Below are positions 38,896 to 49,507 of a stretch of 64,000 nucleotides of DNA, in pieces; the first letter of the stretch is position 1, and each line of letters begins with the position of its first letter. Source of the DNA: Sedimentisphaeraceae bacterium JB056 (GTDB lineage Bacteria > Planctomycetota > Phycisphaerae > Sedimentisphaerales > Sedimentisphaeraceae). A program made the translations under genes and the position numbers. Under the pieces are notes generated by a model that was given only the letters and a program-made list of their open reading frames with translations, ran no database searches and was not told the DNA's origin. The stretch spans positions 32,001-96,000 of the forward strand of contig JBITAJ010000003.1 in assembly GCA_044440125.1 (NCBI GenBank), in the 5' to 3' direction.

Positions 38896-41604
38896 TCATT
38901 TCGGCAATTCTGGTGATTTTAGCAATTCCATAACTTCGCAAGGAATTTCACGACCGGCAACCTTAACAATAGTTCCGCCTGCACGAGACGCCCACTTCAC
39001 CTTACCGTCTTGATCAAACTGCACATAAACGCAGCGAGCATCAGTCTCAACGTTACCTGCTATTGTGATTCCCTCGCCGTGAGATACAATAAAAAGTCCG
39101 GTCCCTTCTTCTGTAGCAATTCTGACAGCTCTTGAACCATCGGTAGACTCAATCAGTTTGGATTTGAGACTTTTTGCGTATGCTCCAGGACGACTCGGTT
39201 TTAGTATGGTAATAAATTCGGCATTGCCGGAAGTCTGTTGACGGTAAGACGGGTAAGTGGTATCGGTCAGCGGAACCGCATTGAATCCTTTACGAAGGAG
39301 CAATTCTAATCTCTTTGGATAAATGGGAATAATCTCCAGATTTGCATCCTGACTATTTGTAGTCCAAACACGGCAGGTTTTGGCATCTGTTTCATATGTA
39401 TTATTGGGATAGATGTGCCAACATTGATCATAGGTATGGCTCTTGCCATCGTTGGGTTTTAGCATATCTGCCACGAAATAGAGCCCGGCTTCCTTGAGGA
39501 AGAAAACTTTTCTTTCGTGGCGAACATTAGGATAGCCCTGCCCCCAGCCTTCCAAGAGACCTGCATTATCGGAGACAAATGCGCTTGTTCCGCAGGGACC
39601 ATCCACATAAGATTTCGGCTTCAAACGTGGGTAGCCACGTTCATCAACCTCCACTGTATTATGAGATTTAGTCTGATGCCGCTGCCAATCGAAATGAGGA
39701 TGGCGGGATTCATAAGAACTCATCCCGGTATCGTTAAGCAGCTTTTGTCCATAAGCAGAGAGGATGACGGCATTTTGATCCATATGATAATGACCACCGC
39801 CAACACGCGAAGACAAAAACAGAACATTGGCATCTGGCTGCCATGAATTACGCAAGATACCAATTTTAGCATTCGGGTAGCTGATATTTGTTACTTCCGG
39901 CGCATGACCTGTTTTGCCTTTACTGACCCACCACGTTAGCTCAGGATCGTTAAAGAATATCGCCGCACGTTTGATTGCTGGTGATGTAACAGAGCTTTTT
40001 GCAGTCCCTTCGCCCCAATTGGGAGGTGTCCCGTCGGGCAAGGAACAGAACATTAGATAGCGTGCCAATTGATGGGTCTTTGGTGCAAGTGCATCAGGCG
40101 ATTTCAAATCGTGTTCCTTGTAAAGTTCAAGCAGACTGACCATCTGGTCAAGAACCCCGTAAGGATAACCGAAAGTATGTTCAATATAAGCTCCATCATC
40201 AAGAACCATCGATTTAAGATTGAGCTTCAATCTATCATTGGCATCTTCAATCCATAGCTTGCTGTCTGCAAACTCTGGAAAGGTTACCGAAAGCAGAATC
40301 AAGGAACTAAACTTGCTCATACCCTGATTACCATAGTTCCCGCCACGATTCTTTGACGGATTGATATAGAGCATTGAACCATTTCGAACAGCGCCCTTGA
40401 GCAGTTCGACGCAATCACGCGGCTGGCATGCTTCCATGGAAAACAGGTGTGGGAATAACATTGAATAATAATATGCACGACCGGCAGCATTCAATTCATT
40501 TCCATCGGCATCTCTGCAATCCAGAGATGGTAAATCTGCCATAAAATCACAAATCAGGTCCAACGTAACCCTCTCTGCCTTCCTATCTTCGACCGACAGT
40601 GACCATGCCGTCATATTGTACAGCCAGTATAACCGCTGCGTCCAGTTCGGAAACTGGTTGTGCGCTCCTTTTGGCATATCCCAATCTACGCCGCCGGGCA
40701 GTCCTTCCCAAGAGTAGATATACCCCAGATTATTGTCCCAGGTAATTTCCTTCTCGTCAAAAACCGTCGGTTTAACCCAAAAGAGCACGAGCGATTGGTC
40801 TTCTTTCGTACTGAAGGCTTTCAGTTTCATTTTTACTGATTTGACACTTTTAACATCGACTTTCGAAAGGTCAAAGGAAATGAGCGACCACCTTGTGTTA
40901 TCATCAAATGGTTTTCCAACCTTTAAGCCAGAGTTGCAGACTTCCAACTTCTCTTCGGTTCCGTAGTTTATTTTACTGTATTTACCCGCACGAACGTAAG
41001 CATCTTCTACAGCCTTGACACTCACCGCCAGCCCATCATTAAATTGCAGTTGCAACATCGGCGGGTTTTCTGAGTTGCGTGAATCGACAAAACTCACCAC
41101 GCCATCTTTGTGCCTACCCATAAGCTTAAATGTCATCATTTCACGCCTTAAAATCCCCCTATTGATGCTGATGTAGTAATCTTCAGGCTGAGTTTTAAGC
41201 TCAAATGTGTCCAGAGCGGTAATTTGCTGGTCAAAGCCGAAAAATTTATCTTTCCTAAGTTTTACACGCAAAGTTTCTCCGCCTCTGGGCTTGGTTTTAG
41301 GATCTATTGGTCGATTCTGAAAATATTCCAAAAGCTCAACCCCTGCCTGCTCATAATCACCAACTTTAACAGCATCCTCAACTCTTCTTAACTTAGAGCT
41401 ATAGGCATAATCAACCATTGGCTTTTTAGCCCATCTTCCATTGATGAAAGATCCAAAGAAATCTGCATCAGTAATTTTCCGCTTACAATTATTATCGTAC
41501 AGTTCTTTGAGCTTCTCCGCAGACATCTCCGGCGATGCCTGAACAATAACACTCAGTATCAAAAAAACGAAAAACACGCATCTATTTAATTTAAAGTTCA
41601 TCAT
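38896..41604 (-). CDS. Heparinase II/III-family polysaccharide lyase with a CBM96/DNRLRE-like insert
   Basis: Signal peptide; [36 protein letters not shown]; start 41604 (alternative GTG 41613). Confidence 0.85.
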   Translation of the reverse strand: MMNFKLNRCVFFVFLILSVIVQASPEMSAEKLKELYDNNCKRKITDADFFGSFINGRWAKKPMVDYAYSSKLRRVEDAVKVGDYEQAGVELLEYFQNRPIDPKTKPRGGETLRVKLRKDKFFGFDQQITALDTFELKTQPEDYYISINRGILRREMMTFKLMGRHKDGVVSFVDSRNSENPPMLQLQFNDGLAVSVKAVEDAYVRAGKYSKINYGTEEKLEVCNSGLKVGKPFDDNTRWSLISFDLSKVDVKSVKSVKMKLKAFSTKEDQSLVLFWVKPTVFDEKEITWDNNLGYIYSWEGLPGGVDWDMPKGAHNQFPNWTQRLYWLYNMTAWSLSVEDRKAERVTLDLICDFMADLPSLDCRDADGNELNAAGRAYYYSMLFPHLFSMEACQPRDCVELLKGAVRNGSMLYINPSKNRGGNYGNQGMSKFSSLILLSVTFPEFADSKLWIEDANDRLKLNLKSMVLDDGAYIEHTFGYPYGVLDQMVSLLELYKEHDLKSPDALAPKTHQLARYLMFCSLPDGTPPNWGEGTAKSSVTSPAIKRAAIFFNDPELTWWVSKGKTGHAPEVTNISYPNAKIGILRNSWQPDANVLFLSSRVGGGHYHMDQNAVILSAYGQKLLNDTGMSSYESRHPHFDWQRHQTKSHNTVEVDERGYPRLKPKSYVDGPCGTSAFVSDNAGLLEGWGQGYPNVRHERKVFFLKEAGLYFVADMLKPNDGKSHTYDQCWHIYPNNTYETDAKTCRVWTTNSQDANLEIIPIYPKRLELLLRKGFNAVPLTDTTYPSYRQQTSGNAEFITILKPSRPGAYAKSLKSKLIESTDGSRAVRIATEEGTGLFIVSHGEGITIAGNVETDARCVYVQFDQDGKVKWASRAGGTIVKVAGREIPCEVMELLKSPELPK

Positions 41605-41620
41605 CTCTTTCACATCCCTA

Positions 41621-42934
41621 CTAATATTTATTCAGTTCTATCCCGCTCGCAACAAGTTTATTTCGCAAGACATCTATTTCTATATCCCGAACTTTTGTAT
41701 CTTCCATTGCAGCCAAAGCCGCCGCAACTCCCGCGGCCTGTCCCATTTGCGCGGCAACAGGTTGCACGCGGATTGCCGACATAGCGATATGGGTTGCACT
41801 TATACATCTTCCTGCGGTAAGCAATCCTTCATAATTTTTAGGTATTAAACTGCGGTAAGTAATGGCATGGGCTGGAAGCTGTTTTTCTTCACGCGAAATC
41901 TTTTCACCCCAAATATCAAGCCAATACTCTCCAACAGCTACTGTGTCATCAGGAAAAACACCAGACCTCTGGGAACATTCAGTTATAATATCCTCGCCCT
42001 TGATTCTTCTGGATTCTCTCACGCCAATCTTTGGCGGCAAATAAACCGCATATCCATTTTGTGAAAGCAAATCAATATCCGATTTCATTTTCTCGAACGC
42101 CTCGGTCTGGGTTTCACCAAGTTTAACATCATCGTTGACATCCTCGCACATGGCGGTAGCTCCCCAATGCAGATACAAGCCGGTTGAGCGATCATACACG
42201 CCTTGATCTGCTTTAGTGTGCCAGCCATGCCCGGATTCTATAAATCCCCTATGGTTGAGGCTGTTAAAGTCCAGACCGCTTTTGCCATTAAACTTACTAC
42301 TTATATACATCCACGTACAAGGCATAACTACACTGTCAGCTATATCCCGGGCATGAGGTTCTCCATAGTGGTCTTTGGATTCCCTTCCACACATAAATTC
42401 ACAACCCGCCAGCGAAGCAACCTCGCCATTACCCGTAGCATCTATTGTTACTTTCGCCTTGATTACAAGCTTTCTCTTACTGCGGTCGGTAACGGTTACA
42501 CCTTTTACCTCAGTTCTGTTTCCTGCATCTTCAGTAATAACACCGCTAACCCTGCAACCGGTCATAAGCGTGATATTTTCTTCAGCTCGTATCATATCAT
42601 TAAGAACGTATTCGTAGCTGCTTGGCAGATACCAAATCCCATGCCTGCCGCCATCAGGTTGCAAACCCGTATCGTTAAGCGAAAAGTTGTTCTGAAGCGT
42701 ATCGACCATATCCTTATATATACCCATGCTCGGCCATCCGCACGGCATGCATACAAAATTATCAACCGGCGCACCACCGATACTCAGATCTTCTTCCAGC
42801 AATACAACCTTCCCGCCACCCCTGGCGGCAGCTATCGCGGCCGGAATCCCGGCAGCACCGGCACCAACAACCGCGACATCGGCTATAATTTCACTATCAC
42901 CAGTTTTTATAACTGTCTTAAAATCATTTTTCAT
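41621..42934 (-). CDS. FAD-dependent oxidoreductase (PF12831-like)
   Basis: VVGAGAAG, IDATGNG, GRES...YGE, RESRRIKG, YRSLIP, AGRCIS. Confidence 0.88.
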   Translation of the reverse strand: MKNDFKTVIKTGDSEIIADVAVVGAGAAGIPAAIAAARGGGKVVLLEEDLSIGGAPVDNFVCMPCGWPSMGIYKDMVDTLQNNFSLNDTGLQPDGGRHGIWYLPSSYEYVLNDMIRAEENITLMTGCRVSGVITEDAGNRTEVKGVTVTDRSKRKLVIKAKVTIDATGNGEVASLAGCEFMCGRESKDHYGEPHARDIADSVVMPCTWMYISSKFNGKSGLDFNSLNHRGFIESGHGWHTKADQGVYDRSTGLYLHWGATAMCEDVNDDVKLGETQTEAFEKMKSDIDLLSQNGYAVYLPPKIGVRESRRIKGEDIITECSQRSGVFPDDTVAVGEYWLDIWGEKISREEKQLPAHAITYRSLIPKNYEGLLTAGRCISATHIAMSAIRVQPVAAQMGQAAGVAAALAAMEDTKVRDIEIDVLRNKLVASGIELNKY

Positions 42935-44526
42935 TACACATTTCCATCATCAGCTTTATATTTAACTCGAAGCTCTTTCAATTCATCTTTCAGCTCTTCA
43001 ATAATTTCTTTGTATTGTTTGCTATCATAGCAATTTTTCATTTCAGAAGGGTCTCTTTCCAAATCGTAAAATTCCCATTCGTTAAGATTATAAAAATGGA
43101 TAAGTTTATATTTTTTCGTAACAACACCTTCATGCTTTCGCACACTATGGGCACCGGGGAATTCATAATAATGGTAATAAAGGCTCTTTCGCCAATTCTC
43201 AGGCACCTGACCCTTCATCAATGGCACGATACTCTCTCCCTGCATATCAGAAGGCGGCTCAATACCCGCAACCGAAAGAAACGTCGAAGCATAATCTATA
43301 TTTTGAACCAGTTCCTTACTAACACTTCCAGGCTTTATAACCGATGGCCATCTTACCACAAAAGGAGTTCTGAAAGAAGTCTCATACATAAAACGTTTAT
43401 CAAACCAACCATGTTCACCAAGATAAAAACCTTGATCAGAAGAGTAAATGACTATTGTATTTTCGGCAAGAGCTGATTCATCTAAATAATCAAGTACTCT
43501 ACCAATATTATCATCGACAGAACGAATGCAACGAAGATAATCTTTCATATACCGTTGATATTTCCATTTAACAAGCTCTTTTCCTGAAAGATTAGAATCT
43601 AAAAACGCCTTATTCTTGTCATTGTAGGCCTTATCCCATGCCCTGCGCTGCTGATCATTGAGCCTGCCGTAACTTTTCTTCCATAGAGGTGTGCCTTTAT
43701 CCTCATCTTTCCATATCTTAAAATCCCAACCAAGTCTCATGGTATTGGAAATAGTCATATCCTGCTCTTTTGCGGCAGTCCCTCTACCTGAATTATCATC
43801 AAAAAGCGTATCAGGTTCTGGGATACTTACATCATCAAAAAGGTTAAGATATTTCATTGGGGGTTGCCAGTTACGATGCGGTGCTTTATGTTGGAGCATA
43901 AGCATAAACGGCTTTCCTGCATCACCGCAGGTTTCAAGCCATGAAAGTGCCTTGTCAGTAATAATATCTGTAACATAGCCCTCTTCACTTTTTTGACCTT
44001 CATCTGTTACAAAATCTGGATTATAATAGTCTCCCTGTCCGGGCAGAACTTCCCAATAATCAAAACCGGTAGGCTTACTCTTCAAATGCCATTTACCAAT
44101 GATTGCAGTCTGGTAATCGGCTTTTGAGAGTAACTTCACAAAGGTTTGCTGAGAACCATCAAACTCTTTCAAATTATCAGTAACACCATTAATATGGCTA
44201 TGCTTTCCGGTAAGAATACAAGCCCGAGCCGGAGCGCATATCGAATTAGCTACATAGCTCCTGTCAAACCGCATTCCCTCATTAATTATCCGGTCAATAT
44301 TAGGAGTCGGCGCAACTTTAGCCAGCCTGCCGCCATAACCGCTTATTGCCTGATAAGCATGATCGTCAGAATATATAAAGATAATATTCGGCTTTTTCGA
44401 AGATTCTCTTTTCGATATAACTGAACTGCCGCAGCCCAAAAGACTCAACGCAGTACAACTTGCACCTAAATATTTCAAGAAGCTTCGTCTTGATGAGATT
44501 AAAACATCACTTCTTTCCATTTCCAT
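42934..44526 (-). CDS. S1 sulfatase with Tat signal and possible lipobox
   Basis: [52 protein letters not shown]. Confidence 0.92.
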   Translation of the reverse strand: MEMERSDVLISSRRSFLKYLGASCTALSLLGCGSSVISKRESSKKPNIIFIYSDDHAYQAISGYGGRLAKVAPTPNIDRIINEGMRFDRSYVANSICAPARACILTGKHSHINGVTDNLKEFDGSQQTFVKLLSKADYQTAIIGKWHLKSKPTGFDYWEVLPGQGDYYNPDFVTDEGQKSEEGYVTDIITDKALSWLETCGDAGKPFMLMLQHKAPHRNWQPPMKYLNLFDDVSIPEPDTLFDDNSGRGTAAKEQDMTISNTMRLGWDFKIWKDEDKGTPLWKKSYGRLNDQQRRAWDKAYNDKNKAFLDSNLSGKELVKWKYQRYMKDYLRCIRSVDDNIGRVLDYLDESALAENTIVIYSSDQGFYLGEHGWFDKRFMYETSFRTPFVVRWPSVIKPGSVSKELVQNIDYASTFLSVAGIEPPSDMQGESIVPLMKGQVPENWRKSLYYHYYEFPGAHSVRKHEGVVTKKYKLIHFYNLNEWEFYDLERDPSEMKNCYDSKQYKEIIEELKDELKELRVKYKADDGNV

Positions 44527-47194
44527 ATCCTTTTAATTCAACAAAATCAACTTCCTTGCCGCCAAATATCAGCTCTTCACCATTTAAAACCATAGCATAA
44601 TCAATCTTTTCACCCACATCAAACTGAATATAGGCAAATTCAGCTTTTATACTCAGGTTTGACACATTTATCGCATTTGCAGGATTAGTGTTATGCAGAT
44701 ATACCCCTTTACCCTGAGGCAATTGAATTTCAAAAGCGATAGCCTCTTCTGATTCTTCCAATAGTGTAATTTCAACATCCGACTTTCCTGCATCTTTTTT
44801 TGGATATAGTAAAGTGTAAAATCTTGCCTGCCCCGCTGACTTCTGGCGAAAACACGGATATTTCGTATCACCAAGCGGATTGGCATTAAACCCATCTCTT
44901 ACAAAACACTTTGCATCCTGCGGGTACAACGAAACAATTTCAATTCCAACGCCTGAATCAGTAGTACTTACTCTCGCTCCGTCAACTTCATAATCTAATA
45001 AAGGCGACAGATGCCAGCATTGATTATATGCATGTTCGATGTCATCAGAAGGCTGCATCAAATCAGCAACTATAAACAATCCCGGCTCCTTCAAATACAT
45101 CACGCTTCTGTTGTGTAAAACAGTCGGATAACCGGCGGCATACCCCTTGAAATACTCCACCTTTTCGCTTAGGTAAAGCTCACTCTTGCAATCTCCTTCC
45201 GGCGACATAGTTGCTCCGGGCATCTCAAGCCTTGGGAAGCCTTTTTCATCAACTTCAACAGTATTGTGTGATTTGGTTTGATGGCGTTGCCAGTCAAAAT
45301 GAGGATGAGAACCTGAATATGAACTCATGCCGGTATCAACAAGCAGTTTCCTGCCGTAAGCCGACAGTGAAATATGATTCTGATCAACATGATAATGCCC
45401 GCCTCCTACCCGTGGTGAGACAAAAATCGCAATCGCATTTTCATCCCATCCGCTTCTGAGCATTACGATCTTAGCATCAGGATAATTTAAACTGGTGTAT
45501 TTTGGAGCATAATCATTTTTTGTCAGCCCGCACCACCATTGAAGCTGTTCATCATCAAAAAACTCCGCCGCACGCTTTACCGCAGCATTTGTCTTTGTAT
45601 CACGAGGGCCGCCTTCTCCCCACGCAACCGGCACACCGTCAGGCATTGACACATTCATCAGGTATTTAGCAAGCTGATGCGTCTTTCTGGAAAAAGACTC
45701 TGGTAATGATGCGTTATGATCCTTGCAGTAATCAAGCAAATCGAGCATCATCTGTAAAACAGGGAAAGGATAGCCCATTGTGTGTTCAGTATACGAGCCG
45801 TCAGCCAAAACTAAATGATCCATTAAGTCTTCAGCTCTTGCAAAGGCATCCTCTTTCCATAAATTAGAATCGGCAAGTTCCGGGAAGGTTAAGCAAAGGG
45901 TAGTAATGCTGGAAATAAGTGAAAGCCCCATATTGTCATAATTATTCCTGCGAAGCTTTGAAGGATTGAGCCACATATACTCACCCTCTTTGCACAGAAA
46001 CTTCATTATTTCCGTGCAGTCACGACCAGTCATCACATCAAGATCAAATAAATACGGCAGATATGTAGAAAGACCGGTTAGACGCCCTAAACCGGCATTA
46101 AGCTCACCATTGGCACGAGACTGATAATTATACTCCTCAATAAAATCTCTGAGCATAGAGATAACCTTCTCACCAACCTCATTATCACCGTCTGTCACCG
46201 CGCATCTGCTTATATCGCCAAGCCAGTACAATCTTCGCACCCAGTTGGGATACTGCGAATGTGCCCCCTCAGGCCTGCCCCATTCAATGTCGCCATCCAA
46301 ACCTTCCCAGGAATACTGATAACCGAGCATATTGCCCCAATTATCCTCATCCTCATTTACAATCGTTGGATAAGAACGCCACAAAATCAAGGAATCTTCA
46401 TTTTTCTGGCTGTAGGCATAAATTTTGAGCCTTGCCTTTTCTGCTTTCTCAACCGGCACTTTCGATAAGTCAAAACTGATCAATGCTCTGGATGTATTGT
46501 CATCGAATGGCTTATTCGTTTTCAAACCGGAATTACATATCCTTAATAATTCTTCTTTGCCGTAATTATCATTCTTAAACTTACCGGCCCGTACATAAAC
46601 ATCAGCCGAAGCCGTAACACTAACCCACTCTTTATCAATCAAAAGCTCAAGAACAGGCTTATTAGAAACAGATTCTCGGGAATTAACAAAGCTGGCCGAC
46701 TCGTTCTTGTGCCGTCCCATAAGCATAAATACAACATCGCCGCGTCTTATAAAACCGCCGACATCAAGTATATACTCCGCCGGTTGATCCTTGATTTCAA
46801 AGACGGCCGCAACCTTTTCCTGCTGATCAAAGCCAATAATATTGTCCATTAGAAAGTCAACCCTTGTCTGATTCCAGCTTGAAGATATCTTCTGACGCTT
46901 AAAATCACGACTTCTGTAATACTTCAACAACTCATTTGCAGCAGACTCATAATCTCCCTTTTTCGCGCAATACTCAACAGCCCTTAACTTTCTGCTGTAA
47001 GAATAATCCAAAATCGGCCGATTGTTCCATGACCCATTATCCAAATTATATTGACCAAAGAAATCCTGATCTGAAATAACTCGTTTCTGATTGTTTTCCA
47101 CTCTTTTCAACAACTCTTCAGCATCAAAGGCGAATACCGTATTAAAAAATAACAAAACGAGAATAATACAATCAGTAAAAAAGCTATATCTCAT
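44507..47194 (-). CDS. Heparinase II/III-family polysaccharide lyase, paralogue of 38896-41604
   Basis: Start ATG 47194 (AAGGTG RBS); [30 protein letters not shown]. Confidence 0.85.
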   Translation of the reverse strand: MRYSFFTDCIILVLLFFNTVFAFDAEELLKRVENNQKRVISDQDFFGQYNLDNGSWNNRPILDYSYSRKLRAVEYCAKKGDYESAANELLKYYRSRDFKRQKISSSWNQTRVDFLMDNIIGFDQQEKVAAVFEIKDQPAEYILDVGGFIRRGDVVFMLMGRHKNESASFVNSRESVSNKPVLELLIDKEWVSVTASADVYVRAGKFKNDNYGKEELLRICNSGLKTNKPFDDNTSRALISFDLSKVPVEKAEKARLKIYAYSQKNEDSLILWRSYPTIVNEDEDNWGNMLGYQYSWEGLDGDIEWGRPEGAHSQYPNWVRRLYWLGDISRCAVTDGDNEVGEKVISMLRDFIEEYNYQSRANGELNAGLGRLTGLSTYLPYLFDLDVMTGRDCTEIMKFLCKEGEYMWLNPSKLRRNNYDNMGLSLISSITTLCLTFPELADSNLWKEDAFARAEDLMDHLVLADGSYTEHTMGYPFPVLQMMLDLLDYCKDHNASLPESFSRKTHQLAKYLMNVSMPDGVPVAWGEGGPRDTKTNAAVKRAAEFFDDEQLQWWCGLTKNDYAPKYTSLNYPDAKIVMLRSGWDENAIAIFVSPRVGGGHYHVDQNHISLSAYGRKLLVDTGMSSYSGSHPHFDWQRHQTKSHNTVEVDEKGFPRLEMPGATMSPEGDCKSELYLSEKVEYFKGYAAGYPTVLHNRSVMYLKEPGLFIVADLMQPSDDIEHAYNQCWHLSPLLDYEVDGARVSTTDSGVGIEIVSLYPQDAKCFVRDGFNANPLGDTKYPCFRQKSAGQARFYTLLYPKKDAGKSDVEITLLEESEEAIAFEIQLPQGKGVYLHNTNPANAINVSNLSIKAEFAYIQFDVGEKIDYAMVLNGEELIFGGKEVDFVELKGYGNGKK

Positions 47195-47206
47195 ACAAAA
47201 CACCTT

Positions 47207-47287
47207 ATTACAATTATAACAATAAGCCACAAAAAGGCCACAATAGCCCATCTAAAACAATCTTAAATCATTACAATTGAAATACAA
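47207..47287 (-). promoter_or_regulatory. Promoter/operator module of unit 1
   Basis: TTGTAT-N16-TAAGAT; TTGAAATACAA; ATTACAATTATAACAATAA repeat box next to the RBS. Confidence 0.7.
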
Positions 47288-47752
47288 GTTCTTTTAAAAA
47301 AATACTACAACAAGCAATTTTGCTAACATAGATTATAGTATCCAGAATAAGATAAAAGTCGAAATCACCTCAAAACCAATCTACCGTTCGGTATATTTTA
47401 AACAACAGCTTTTGTAATATTTAAATCCATGTTTTTAATAATTTTACAAAAGGCTAACAGTCGTCATAGAGTAAATTCAGGTTGTTAGGCAGAATTACAT
47501 ATAAACTTATTGCCAGTTCAACCGAGTATAAATCAAGCAGATTAACTTTAGACTCAATACATTCACATATTGCGATTCCTGTGACTTAACCAATTTTCAC
47601 GTTTTAACCTCTGACACACAATTACTGCTCAAAAGGATTAACGCCTTAACTTGCCAATCAAATACCATCACTAACAATCACGAACTATCAACAATACACC
47701 TTAAAAAACATCACAAAAAACCAACACTGCTAACATAATACCACTTAAATAC

Positions 47753-47781
47753 TTGACATATTGAATATTATAGCGTATATT
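47753..47781 (+). promoter_or_regulatory. Sigma70 promoter of the DeoR cassette
   Basis: TTGACA-N17-TATATT, followed by TGATTGATTGTGATT. Confidence 0.7.
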
Positions 47782-47818
47782 ATTTATGATTGATTGTGAT
47801 TTTTAAGGAATAAACAAA

Positions 47819-48589
47819 ATGCTTCAGTCTCAAAGACAAGAAAAAATACTCAATTTCCTGACATATAATGATTACCTCGAACTTTCCAACGCTGTAGAAC
47901 TTTTCGATGCAAGCCCCGCAACAATAAATCGTGATTTTAACGATCTTGCCGACAAAAAACTCGTACAACGCGTAAGAGGTGGAATAAGGCCGCTAAAAAA
48001 ACAGGATGGAATGCTCCCTTTTGCATTCAGAGAATTGCAATATTCTAAGGAAAAAGAAAAATTAGCCCAAAAAGCCGCTACAATGATAAATCCAGGAGAT
48101 GTGGTATTTGTTGACGGCGGAACTACCACTTTCCATTTAGGAATGTCCATGCCCGACCTGAGATTCCATATAATCACAAACTCTTTGAGACTTGCAACTT
48201 TGCTTGAAGAAAAAGCTGCCGAACAGCCGGGAATTGAAGTTTCACTGACGGGCGGATATCTGCACAAACAGTCAGGCATATTGCTGGGGCCAAACACAAG
48301 AGCCTCCCTCGAACAATACAATGCTCATTGGGCTTTCATCTCAGTTGGGGGAATAACCGAGAATGGTATATTCAACACCAATGAACTTGTTACCGAGACA
48401 GAAAGAGCAATGATAAGAAATGCAGAAAAAACGGTAATACTGGCTGACCACAGTAAAATCGGCAAACTCGCTTTGTGTCATGTAGCAAACCTGAATGAAA
48501 TAGACATACTTATAACAAATACCAATCCAGATAACGACAAAAAACTTGACCAATATAGAGAAGCCGGGATTACCGTTATAACCGTATAA
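47819..48589 (+). CDS. DeoR/GlpR family transcriptional regulator
   Basis: RQEKIL...SPATINRDF HTH, RVRGG, DGGTT, ITNS, LADHSK. Confidence 0.93.
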   Translation: MLQSQRQEKILNFLTYNDYLELSNAVELFDASPATINRDFNDLADKKLVQRVRGGIRPLKKQDGMLPFAFRELQYSKEKEKLAQKAATMINPGDVVFVDGGTTTFHLGMSMPDLRFHIITNSLRLATLLEEKAAEQPGIEVSLTGGYLHKQSGILLGPNTRASLEQYNAHWAFISVGGITENGIFNTNELVTETERAMIRNAEKTVILADHSKIGKLALCHVANLNEIDILITNTNPDNDKKLDQYREAGITVITV

Positions 48590-48619
48590 GACCTTAATCA
48601 AGGTGAAAGGTAGACCAAA

Positions 48620-49489
48620 ATGAGAAACCCACTATTTTCAATAACAATAATAACCATATCATTTTGTTTTTATGCAATTGCCGACTATGACAACGCCCCT
48701 CTTTGGGAAGATCAAACGGCATATACACACCAAAGCTGGGACTTTGGAGACAGTGGAGAATACGGAACACCTGATATGGTTACCGATATGAGTGCATTGC
48801 CTCTGGGACAATATACAGACGGCGAACCCAATGAATTCAACAACTATGGCACACCAACTCTCGATGCTTTCTATAACTCGCATTTCTTTATGAAAGGCTG
48901 GATGTATGTACCTGAGATAGCCCAAACAAGCAGAGTTGCTATGTATGGAGGAATGGGAGATACTTCTGTAAGCTTCACCGTACCAGGAATGCAGGCCGGC
49001 AGTGACTGGATAAGGCAGCTATGGGTGCAAACTATAATATACGCCAGAAAAGACGGCCAGCAAGCAGGTAAGATAGAAACAGCAAGAGATTCGCAATTCG
49101 CGGACAAAACCGGAATCACAGAAATAAGCGAAACCATTGAACCGCTTGCCGAAATGGAAGGCTATTCTGCCGCATGGTACAGGATGACATCAGTCTATGA
49201 GGTTACAGACAGCGACCAGAATGACTACATCAAAGTATGGGCTTATTTTGATCCCGAGCTGCCCGATCCCGAACGCCTGGGAGCAAGTATGATAGATAGA
49301 GTTGATATAGATACAAGGCTCATTCTCAAAGCAGATATCAACAGGAACGGCATCGTCAATTATGCCGACTTCTCTACTATGGCCTTTCACTGGTCAACTA
49401 ACAACGACCAAACAGACCTCACTAATGACGGAATCATAAATTCTGACGATTTGCTCTACCTCTCATCAATGTGGCTCGGAACAAATTAG
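48620..49489 (+). CDS. Secreted protein with C-terminal duplicated dockerin-like (EF-hand) repeat
   Basis: Signal peptide; ADINRNGIVNYADF...W and DLTNDGIINSDDL...WL. Confidence 0.78.
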   Translation: MRNPLFSITIITISFCFYAIADYDNAPLWEDQTAYTHQSWDFGDSGEYGTPDMVTDMSALPLGQYTDGEPNEFNNYGTPTLDAFYNSHFFMKGWMYVPEIAQTSRVAMYGGMGDTSVSFTVPGMQAGSDWIRQLWVQTIIYARKDGQQAGKIETARDSQFADKTGITEISETIEPLAEMEGYSAAWYRMTSVYEVTDSDQNDYIKVWAYFDPELPDPERLGASMIDRVDIDTRLILKADINRNGIVNYADFSTMAFHWSTNNDQTDLTNDGIINSDDLLYLSSMWLGTN

Positions 49490-49507
49490 GCAGTAGATTA
49501 CCGCAGC

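Noticed and set aside
47290..47750. Long intergenic region as ncRNA or CRISPR; 9-bp inverted repeat at 47409-47452
   Set aside because: No regularly spaced repeats; AT-rich and weak pairing compatible with chance
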